64,000 nt of DNA from Phoronis australis (lineage: Eukaryota; Animalia; Phoronida), in NCBI GenBank assembly GCA_002633005.1, contig NMRA01000041.1, forward strand, positions 749,294-813,293, given 5' to 3'. Position numbers and translations under genes: made by a program. Position 1 is the first letter of the stretch, and the number at the start of each line of letters is the position of its first letter. Under the pieces are notes generated by a model. That model saw only the letters and a program-made list of their open reading frames with translations, did no database searches and was not told where the DNA came from. Of this stretch, positions 12,301-24,300 are shown piece by piece.

Positions 12301-15300
12301 TGACGACCTATTGTAACTATACAAATAACACAGAGACTGGCAAATTTGACCGTGGCTGCAACATGTATGATGGGATAGACAGTTCAGGTGAGCCCGGTCT
12401 TGCTGATACTATATCTCTTGGTAATACTATATCTTTTGGTAATACCATATCTCTTGGTAATACTATAATCTCTTGATAATACTATCTCTCTTGGTAATAC
12501 TATATCTCTTGGTAATACTATATCTCTTGGTAATACTATTATCTCTTGGTAATACTATCTCTCTTGGTAATACTATATCTCTTGGTAATACTTTATCTCT
12601 TGGTAATACCATATCTTTTGTGCCTGCTCAAAAATTCATCTTCTGCCTACAACTTTTACCGAATTTGATTTAGATGGCATAGCTTCATAACATTGGTCCC
12701 GTCTTTTAGGTTTCTCAACTTAGAACTGATTTATGGGCTTGGAGTTGCTATTGCTTGTGACCATTCTTAGCTGGTGATGATTTTTGGCCCAGTACTGAAT
12801 CAAGTGACACAGTCTCTTTTAAAGCCGAAATGAATAATTGATATTAGCTACAGAGACATGTTTTATGTTGAAATCCATGAGCCGTGTATTAGACAAGTGT
12901 GGTTCAGATTTTGTGCGAAAATGCAGATGCTGAAGTTACGCCGTGAAGCCTGTCGTCTTTACCCACAATACACTTGACCTTGGTTATTTAAAAACTTTTG
13001 AGGACCGTCCCAACACACGAGTTACCTACCTGTGTTGCGAGTGACGTCAGTGAACATGCAGTATGTTCTATTATCTTCCTGATATTCAATGCCTTACCAG
13101 GTTTGTCCCAGTAATTCTAACCTTTGCGAAACTAGGGTTGCTTGCTTACGAGGGCGGCCGACCGCGCGTTGACCTCGGGGAGTTCTATGAGAACGCGTGG
13201 GCTCTGTTCACCATCTGCATCTACAAAGACACCCGTCGAACTTGCGTGGATAGCCAGCTGAAGATTACGCCAGGCGAGCCTCCGGAGCTTACTCTACAGT
13301 GAGTAAATTACATCAGTTTTTGGCCATAATGGAATTAAAAAATGGACAATCGTCGCTTACGTGAAAAAGTTCATATTAATTCGACGTTTCGTCTATTCAG
13401 TAGACATCATCAGGATACAAACAATCAGACACCAAGTGTTGACATACGAGTCAGGTTACATCCATGAAGTGAAATGAGTGCAACAAGAATGACAGGAAAT
13501 AGTAAACAGGTCATCACCATAGCTGTAGGGTCACGGAGGGCTGCATGTTATTCAGAGAACCAGCAGCATGCTGGTCCTGAATGGCCAGTGACTCGTTAAT
13601 GTAAAATAATTCCTTCACATTTCTTTACAGATTATACTGACTGAATTAGTTTGGTGATTGTTACTTACACAATACCTATAGAATATTTGTCTGAAGTGTG
13701 ATGTTCTCTCAGTCTGTCACAGAGGCGTCTCTGTGTTAGTCCGATATAGACTTCATTACAATTATCACATTCTAGCACTTATAAACAACATTGCTATTGT
13801 TTAACAAAAGAATAGGCGACTTCAGTTTACAGAGAGATTTGAAAACCACTATCAGCTCAATGGCTGGGTCTATACAATGTGCAAGAGGAGATAATTAATG
13901 TTTCAACTTCAGACTATTGGGCCCAGTGTAACCAAGAGAATTAAAGAAAACCTTCTTTTTCTTGGGTCCAGTAACAGCTATTTTACCTGCCTCATTCATT
14001 TTTGAAAGGAAGTGCCTTTTACAGCTATTAAAAAAATTCAGAGGGTAACCATTGGCAAGCAGTGAACTGGAAAATCCTCACTACGTCACTATCAAAAGTT
14101 AAATTGTTAGTCTTCTCTAGGCGCAGTGTAACAAGCAATTGACTAGACCGCTCTTGTATTGGATCGGTACAAAACTATCAAATTTGAGATAAAGTCCAGA
14201 GAAACTGGGCTTACGATACACATATTCTCACGTTTAACCAAGACATCTAGAAAAGGTAAACACGACTCGTGCTCAGATTCACTGGTGAAATTGATGGACG
14301 GATGCATATTGTGGAACAATACTAAACATAGATAATATAAAAGACATAATGCATGAATCCTGTTTTCTCTTAGGTGCATAGCCAACTGTCTGAGTGCGAC
14401 GAAGGTGAATCCCCTCAAAAAGTTTACAACCACGTCAAGTGTTACAGGGGCCCGACCGGGCCAAGTCTTTGTCTTTAGTTGGCGTCTGAGTCGACTGGCA
14501 GACCCTACAGGGTCTTTCCTTGATGCTGTAGAAGTTCCACAAGCGGAGTGGACAGAGTGCATACAATCGGATGGCTCTACTGCCGGGGTCTCGACTGGAC
14601 TCAACATCAAGAGTCTATCAGCTGAAGCAGGACTCTTCCTTTGCCTTGACAAAACAGTCACCTACTTCCTCGACCTGAAGGCGTATCGACAGGGTGGAGA
14701 TCCAAGTAATTTCGGTAAGTGGTTAGTTTTTTTTAGCTCTTACATGTAATTAATGTGGATGCATAATTATGCAGACCTGTGGCGATGGCATCTTTCCATG
14801 TTTGGATGGAGTTGAAGTATTATGTGCCGCTTAGTGGCCATTTTATTATTATTGAGGCGTCTGCTTTTGTATTCGCCAATTTGCTCAGAGGATTGTTATG
14901 AAAATAAGTAGAATGTATTCCTATTGACAAAAGCATGGCTGACATAGATTTTCAGATGGGTCCAACTGCTCTGGTGCCCCATTGCGACATGTTTGTATTT
15001 GTGGCCATTTCTCCTAAACCCCCTTGCAAGATCTTTTGGAATTGTGGCAAGTATATTCCTATTAACTAAAGTTTAGACAGGTTGGACTACTCTTTGTCTC
15101 CTGATGGTAATTTTATGTTCACCTGTCCTCTAAATCGTGACTGATTGTGTGAATAGCTCAATATTCGGGAGACGAGGACATCTTTCCATTTTCGGATGTG
15201 TTTATTGTATTCTGTGCCATCTATTTTCCGTTTTTAAGTTTCTAATAAACAACCCTACAAGCACAATGCGTGCATTGCAGTCGTGAGTGCATTTCAATGC

Positions 15301-18300
15301 TCCACGTTGCTCTTGTTATTGTTTTGGAACCTGCTGGAGGGATCATTATAAAATTTGCAGGGATGATAATTTTCACCTTCTCGCCAGATTTCTGCTTTTT
15401 CGGAGTAAAAATCAACCCTTTTTATCTGATGCCAAATCAATTTTTTGTTTATTGAGGGAGTAAGGGTCCTTAAAGATATTCGAGCATAATTTATTCCTGC
15501 AACGATGGTTCATGTGATCAAAAATCACAAGGGCTGACACCAACTTTTAGTCCGGACTCACGATGACTGCACTTAGTCACTTAATGGTTAGTTGTGGTTG
15601 GACTTCCGAGTCAAGATGTATCATTTTCATCAAAATATTTGAAGCAACACCAGTTGAGATTTTGTTGAAATTTAGCCAGGATTGAAACGGTTGAAGTGCA
15701 TGGATATTGAGTCACGGTTTTGTGCATTGGAGGTTTTTAAAATTTCGAAGTTGCTGACTTTGCTTTGAAAGCTACAGTTACTGTACTTTGTCCTCACAAA
15801 GATTGTCATGTGACTCTTACATGATGCCGTATTTATTTCTAAGCATCTCACCTTGAAGTACAGTTTCACAGCATCTCCAGCCATTTTGTTCTATTGAATG
15901 TAGATTCCTCGCCAGAGCCACAGGGACATTTCAGCAAAGTCAAGTCTGAAAAAATTTCCGACCCGGGACCTTCTGCCATCCGTGCACGAAACAATTGCTT
16001 TATTTCATAATATGCCAATTGCATTTTAGGTCAAACTCTTCGTAAGATTATTGTGAACAAGCCACCAAAGCCTGGCAACTGTACATGTGATCCATGTAAT
16101 GGCACGGCGCTGGAGACAACATACAACTCTAAGTGTTACGAACCATTTATCGACGAGGACGTCCCCATAAAGTACTCGCTGATGTACCGCAAAGGCCTGT
16201 CAGGACCCTTCAACATATTACAGACTGGTTAGTGGTTCAGTTAAAATTCTTCAGTTTTGCACACCAGAATTTTTTTTCCAAACAAGTGCTGCTCAATGCT
16301 ACAATGACGTTTGCCTAGCTATTCTAGCTTTCTCAAGTACTCTAAGAAATTCTCCTAGGCACACAATGTTACTGCCGCCCTTCTCTAAATACCTTGAGTT
16401 GTTAATTGTCATTGCCAGTGAACAGTTTGTGTAGTACGTATACTGCTGTAGGATGGAGGTGTTCTATGATATGTTCAAGGTTTTGTTCAACTGTTCTGTA
16501 CACTGCCTACTTACAGCCAATTTTGATACGATGCCTGAAGCTCATGAGCTCCCGCCAGGTATGCCTGAACGGGGCTATCAAGTTACCATGATGCTGTGTG
16601 CTAGGGACGCGGTTGGCTCAGAGACGTGTGTCGAATTTTTTCCCTATGTGAGCATATTTAAATCTGTTTACACTGTGTAGATCTACATAACCGCTGTTAT
16701 AGCTGAGCTAAGTTTGTTTTAAATGAAACTTGAAAACTGAATACGAAGTTCTGCCTGAGGACCAGTAGACTTGTTTTTGGAACCACAATATTATTGCATG
16801 AGACTTTTTGGTCTCACAAATTTAATAGAAATTTGAGACACGGAATACTACTATCTGAATACTCTATAATTGTATTACTTTTTACTACGTCATTTGCATC
16901 ATATCTTTATGTGGATAGGTGGCGCTGTCGCCTCTGACCAAGCCCAACTTGCAGTGTTCTTAATTAAGTAATCATAGTGTACCATGTTCTTTTGTCCAGG
17001 TGTACAAGGCAACTGATGAAAAGATGGCTTCTGTTGTGGCAGGTGTGATCGGAGGCACTGGTCAGAACCCCCTGGCGAGTGCCGCTGCCTCGGGCAATGA
17101 TGCCCAGATGGGAAATGTTATCAGCGCCATCGCCAGTACAGTGGCCGGTGGTGAAAATTCAAGTATGCAATATGCTTCAGAAACCGTATTTGCATTTGAT
17201 TAAATATGGCCACCACTTGATTCGAAAAATGGCAAAAATTCTCCAGGTGGGGTAACACTATGCTGGACAAGTGAAACTGTTAAATTTCTCAACAAAAATA
17301 ACTTTAAGGAAGTTTTATATCATTCTTAAGATGGATTAGTACAACGGTTACCGTCCCCAATTAACATGTTGTAAGATTTTTATCATTAATTTTGTAGCAG
17401 CTTATAAGATTTTGAAAAACAGAAAAAAGAAAATTTTAGTTAATTATTTTGTCTCAGTACCCAATGTGATGGTTTTAAAATGTCGTACCGGAGGTTAATG
17501 ACTTTGTTATTTGTAATCGTGTTTGTTGTTGTGTTCAACGTAAAGCACTGACTGAATAATTATCCATTTTTTAATAGCATCCGAGGACTCCTTGAAGTTA
17601 ATCGAAAAATGCGCTTCCGAAGCTGCCAAACTCGAGCCGACTGGAGACACCGTAAATCAGGCAAGTGACTAACAACCTGGTAGCAACTATAGTGTTTTAG
17701 GGGTCCACCTCCTTCTGCCACAGAACTCTTTGTCTTTGTGAAGACCAGCACTTATTGAAGAATAAAGTAGTCCCACTATTGCTGTGCCCTCTGGTGGCAA
17801 GTTTAACTTTTCACATTAATTTTCTTTCCATGTTTTCTACAAACCCACTAGATTGATTTCCCTGGTATTCATCAGCTACTTGTCATACAAGAGACAGACA
17901 CTTGGCAATTTTCAGACAAGCCCTAATACCTTCAAGAGTCAATCTCAGGGATGGCACCTGTGTCACCTCCGTCTTGTGTAAATGGTTGAAGTGAGCACCC
18001 TACGCAGTTTTTGTTTGCAGTGCATCAAATTAGCGCCTATCACTGGTTTGTGTCTGTTTTTTTGGTAACTGTTACGATTGGTAAGCGATATGTCTGTTAA
18101 GTTCAGCTGATGTTTGCTGCAGGTCTTTCATGAATAGTGACTTAAGACTAAGGCATAAATTTGGTTTGTTGTTGCTACTTCACAGTCGAAGAATAAAGGT
18201 TTAGCCAAGTAATTATGAGCGCATCACAGTCTGGGAATAGGAATTATCTCAGTAACAAGTAGTTATGTGAGCGTATATTCTCAGAGATTTTGAGGTTTAA

Positions 18301-21300
18301 TTATTTTTCAGAAATTGTGTGGATCGTAAGACCAGATTTTTGAGTAGGCTTAAATCTTCAAGGTCGCTATTCATGAAACTAGCAACAGTTCAATTTTATT
18401 TATGATTGACTTGTGTTACGTTTCTGATTTTGTCCAGTTGATGTCTGCTGGCCTCTCTGTCACGTCCAATCCTGGTGGTATGACGGCTGACGCATCATCC
18501 AGTGCAACGTCATGTGCTAGCAACGTAGCCTCATTCTTGGAGAGGGGTGAAGGCGGAGAGCAAACCAATGAGATGGTCTCGTCTGCGTTCTTTGTAACTG
18601 GTGAGTAAAATTGACTGACAACTTAGTAAGATTGTTTTCTGAGGTAAGTTACCAATAAACAAAGCAAGAGGTCTACATTTTAGTTGGGGTAAAAATTTCT
18701 AGTTTGGGACAGTTTCTAAAATTTGGGACACCAAAATTCAAGCCAAAATTGAAGTTTCCTTATTCAGAAGATTGGGTCGATTTTAGCGTTCTGTCATATT
18801 TTTCAAATGTTGCACACTATGCTTTGTATCGTAGAGTTTTAAAAAGATAATGCAGTATCAAAAACAGCTACCGATGCAGTGTTTTCTCGCATGCATGAGG
18901 TTAATTATCGTTTGTCGTTGATCGTAACTCTTGAATTGTGGAGGTGGTTTTAGGTTTTGATATACAAGAACCGTGTTCACCCTTCACTTCAATCCATACA
19001 ATGTAGTTCACCCTCCCTTCTGGGTCCATTTCAATTTCAATTTTAGAATCTATGAAAACAGACCAGAAATGGTTTTACTTTTGCAAAATGATGAATATTA
19101 GAAAATTGAGATGAGTCCAGTGGTTGGTATTTTTGTGGAAAATATGGGAAGGTGTCCAAGAAGAGCAACTGTTGGCTTTTATTTCTTTAGTTTTATAATT
19201 CCTTATCGAATTTGCACTGGATGTGCACTCTGATGTAAAACAACATTGGGTGACCACTGTGAATATATTGCTACATATTGCTGTCACTTGAGTCTTGTCT
19301 GGTAAGCATTTGGTTATCCGCACATATGCGGGGCATTAGCCCCAGTTTTCCTACAGCAGTTGGAAGGATTGGCTGGAAATTTAACAGAATTTCTGTTTAC
19401 AAAAGCACGCTTCAAACTAAAATCTGATTTCTAATGCTTCCGTGGTTTAATTTTCCCTGGTGTAAATTGTGTTCTAACCTCTTCTGCTTGATTTGAGATA
19501 GATTTCTTGGAAATTTAGCGCATATTTTTGTTAAATATAGGACACAAAATAAGAACTGCTACATTCCGTTGTGGCAACTGATTTTTATGTCCATCTGGTC
19601 TGTCTGCCGATATTAGACTCTACATAGCATTTCCCAACCGTCAACTATGAATGCTTTTTACCGGTTGGAATCATTATAATGTCTATGAATTGTGATGTGA
19701 TCGTATTGAAACATTTCGAGAAAAGTGAAGCACCTCAGTTGTTCTTTTTGACAATAAAGTCTCTAAGTGTCTAGTGTAAAATTTAGCGTATTCAGGAACA
19801 GTTATGTTAGCCCTGTCAGTCACATGCGACTGATAACCAGTTGAATGGAATTTTGCATTTGATTGTGTCTGTGTATTTTCAGAAAATATCCAGAAAGCCG
19901 CCAAAGATAATGTAAGTAGTATTGGGAAAGTGCTTTTGAAATGATAGCTTTATTCAGATTTTAAATAATACTATCTCATCATTCAGAGCGATTTTGTATT
20001 ATATAAACAGTAGTGTTTAAATTGCAAACAAATTTACTAATGAATTTCTTAGAAGTATTTTTAAGTTTGTAGCTGGGTGTTGTACAAAATATACAGATTT
20101 GCCCATTGAAAGAAAATGAGTAAACACTTAATATATGTTTTCTTTCACATATTAATGGAGTTCTAGTACCAAAATAATAATTTTGAGTAGTATTTTCTTT
20201 TTTCCCGACCAGTAAAAACATATTTACCCTTAAAAGTTTCGGCTCCTATCAGCAGCCAAAGTAGTCGTGTACGTTCATAAAACTCGTATTTGACTGTGTT
20301 CAGTTTTCTATCCTTTACTGAAGCTGCAGGCTGAGGCAACAGATAATAGCTTGAGCTTGTTTGTAAGCTTGCCATCTGTGTACTAAATACCTGGTCCCAG
20401 GGTCTAATCTCTATATTCGAAACTCAGCTTGAAAATTGACAAATCATGTGTCGGGTTTCAAGTAAACTTACCAATTTGTAATTGAATCATGTAGCTTGAT
20501 AGGTTGAATGATGAGTCAGAGTAAGGTTTTCGCTAGACGAACAATAATGAATGGCTCAAACTGTGTTTGCATGATAGTTATACTTTTGGGCTATTTCATG
20601 GAAATAAATAGTTTATTTGAAGTGTTATATATTGCATTAATTGCTGTCAGAGCAGGTAGCAGTAGTTTTACAGTTAATTTAACAAGACAAGACGGTGTTA
20701 TAATTGTTATTCAAAGTTATGCCAATCATGTTTCATTCCTTAAAATGTAGAGCAGAGGAATCCAGTTTTTAAACATAGCTCAAGGTTTGTAAACATGACT
20801 TGGATCTTTCAATCATGGTTTAGATTCCAAAGATGGCTCAGAGTTTTTCAAACATGGCACATGGCATTTCAAGCATGGTGTTGGTCTTTTTTTAATCGAT
20901 TCTGCAGTGAAGTATGTGTTTTGTTGCTCACCTTTTCAAAAAGAAAATCCACCTGGGATGAGCAAAACTAACGTGGGGTTTGTTTTTTTTTACTTATCGC
21001 TTAACAAATCATGGTGTTTCAACCCTTGCTTAGCCTTGCCTTCTTGCCTTTCATTGTGTACCTTTAAAAGAAACCCAAAATTTTGGGTGCAATTGATAAA
21101 AGCCTGTGTTTCTTTTTATTCGTTGAGTGCCGGTGTCAAAGTGAGTCAGGGTACAAACCAGAACCATAAGTGCTTTCATTGACCGCATATGCATAGTCAT
21201 GTACATTTCTCAACAAACTGTGTCTGCACAGGGAGCTGACAAGTACGCGGGTGTTGATGTACAGTCAAAGCTGTGTAATGCCGTTCTCAACAAGATGGTT

Positions 21301-24300
21301 CCTGGGGAGAAACCAACATCGATAAGCACGGGCTCTAGTACAGCCACAATGGCTAGCTCAAACTCTGAAGACTTAATGGGTGGTGAGTCACGGCTGGACG
21401 TTACTTTCCGTTTACCATCGACTTTGGACATTTTTGGAGAAGATGCGTACAGCACTAAATTAATGCTTCGCCATATTGAAGTTTTGTAGCAACAGACAAT
21501 TTTGAAATACTGTGGGCATTCACTAATATTTTATGACCTTGAGAAATGAGAAAAGGGCAATTTTTTGTATGAATGTGATCAGATTTTATGTTTCACAGAA
21601 TCTTTTCATAATTGATTGAGAAATAGAACCTTATGATAGGTGCTGAAAGATAAGATCATCTCAATGAAAGAAGAGCATTATTTAGCCTTTGTTATATTTG
21701 ATTGTTTTGCTATCAGTTTTTCTGAGTCCTTCAAATGTAAAGTTCAGTATTAACAGTTGTGGTGATCATTTTATCGATGTACCACCAGATAAGTCTGTAT
21801 TAAATGAGTTTTAGTGTAACCTTAAATAATGCATTCTGCCATCAATGGAATTTTTCGAAAAAATCCGATTCATTGAAAAATAATGGATTCCTGTTAGCAA
21901 TGCTTCTCACTCCATGCTGTTGCTTCTAGCTACCTTTGGGTCTGGTGGTACTGATATGACCATGGATGACCCTTCTAGTCTCCTTGGTGAGGGTAATGAT
22001 ACACTCCCCTCCCTCAACACGCAGGTGAGTGAACTTTAACCTTTTATAACCTTTTTGGTATTGCACTTTGGTGAAATAGCTTATCCAATCTCTGAACTCA
22101 AACTAGAACATTTGTTCCAATTTAATTTTTGTACTTTACTATGAACTGAAGTTAAGTGTCAGCTATTCTGTGCTTTTCAGTATATTGCGATTTAAGTATT
22201 AAAAAACACAAGTATGTAAAAAAGTTCACGTCACTTAGATGACAGCTAGACTCAAGTTCAGACGCGTTTTTGAAGTCAGTGCAAACCTGAGACTATTTTT
22301 TCTTTTGCCCAAAATACTCTCCAGGGCAAAATGAAAGAGACTTATCTGGAGCTCAAATCGTAGTAGAACTACAGAGATATCAAGATTAGGAGGCAGAGTC
22401 TAGAGATTAGATTTAGGACCCAGCCATACAGACTTGGACTTGTGCAGTGTGACATCTTTCCTTGTAAAAGAAATAGTGACTGTGCACAATTACCTTTTTC
22501 TCCCATGATTGGACACTCCGACCTAGCCATCTAATCACTTTCATTGAGTCCACTTTGCCATTTTGCCCTGGAGAGGATGCAAGCTTACTGGTGCAATCCC
22601 TTTGCTAGATTTTGCCATACACTAAATTAATAAATGATCCAAATTTGCAAGAGAATTATTGTAAGTTAGTCTTGTTGAATGCATGCCTGATTCACTCGCA
22701 ACATTTTGACCAGATTCATCTTGTTCTTTAGGTGACTGCCAGCAACGATAATGTGTTCGGTGATGAGGGTGGCAATTCTACGTCTGCTGCTGGTGTGCAG
22801 AGCCAAGTGGTGGGCATCTCATTCACCAATGCCACTGGGCACCCCATTAAAAACGATGTAAAGCTCGAGTTGCACATCTCTGTACCCAACCCCCCACCGA
22901 TTATCCGAGTGACCCGTCGGGTCACCACTGACCCAAAGGATATGATCATCAACCAGGTTCGGGTGACGGCGAAGTCGGCCATGATGATCGAGGTTAACGA
23001 AGGCTTCAATACAACAGTAGATAACAGCACTGACACAAACACGACGACAACGCCATTCGCATTAAGCACATCAAATGGGACGGAGACATTTTCGTTTTTC
23101 ATGTCAACAACGTCGGCTGAACCAACCACGACGCCATCTGGTGGTAGTAGTGGGACTGAGACAACTACCATGACTAACGATGGAACTACCCAGGTACATT
23201 AAGCTTCACAGTGGTGACTAACTGATCAAAATGAAGTTGGAAATAATGAGCAAATTCATAATTGTTAAACAGTTCAATGACTCCCCATTTCTGAAAGTAT
23301 TGTCTAGACTTAAAGTAGATATGACTCTCCTGAAAAACTAATTTTAGTGGTCTAATTCAGTAGTTAAGTTTGTCAGACAGCATGTTATTCTTTAAAGAAT
23401 GAAAGAAGGGTCAATATTGTGGATAATGTTGGTCTAAAAGTGAAACTGTTATACTGGTATCCAGAAGTTGGTGGTATGCATTATGAGACAGCAGATTTAA
23501 ACAATCGTACACACGGTAGTGTCATATTAGTGACTGAAAAGATTTTCTGTACTCTTCCTAGTTCACTGTCAACTGCACTGCCCAGCCTAACCACACCCTG
23601 TGTGTGTCACCCGTCAACTGTACGCAGAACCCAAATCACACCGACTGCCAACCGGTCAACTGTACGGCATATCCCAATGTGACAGAGTGTCAACCCACCA
23701 CCACCAACACAGTTACCACAACACAAGCCACGACGACTGCTGCGCCCACTGCAGCCACTGTGGAGGAACTAGACCTTGGTACTGTGATAAAGGAAATACA
23801 GGCAGAGAATGCCAAGAAGTCACAGTTCACTGTCTATTTTGGTCTGACAGCACCACCAACGGTGGAAAAGTATGACTTCAAGTGCACAGTACCACAAGAT
23901 CCTGTGGAGCTGCTTGGAGACTTTGACATGGGTCTTTTGGAGCAGACAACGCTGGCGTCTGTCACTGTTAGTGGGGACAACATCACCATGAGCACCACCT
24001 CAGCCCCAGGCATGTCGACAACTGCTGGACCAGTGGTTGACACAAAGAAACTCGCCAAGAATCTCAAACAACGAAACATGAATGCCTGCTTTCTCAACAG
24101 AACTCTGCTCAACTTGTTAGTATTTCATTTCTTTATTCCTGTTTGGTAATCCTTCAGTTCACAACTTTTATTGCATAAAGTTGTCAGGAATGTTGTTTTG
24201 CCTCCAGAGCTTGGAATTTTCCTCTTTTAAGAAGATTTCCTCTTTTTGGTTTCAATTTCCTCTTATTTGATTATTTTCCAATTTCCTCTTTTTCGTCTGT

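Noticed and set aside
14143-14661. 172-aa minus-strand ORF as a gene
   Set aside because: Chimeric: antisense of a polycystin exon running into the Penelope-like RT remnant.
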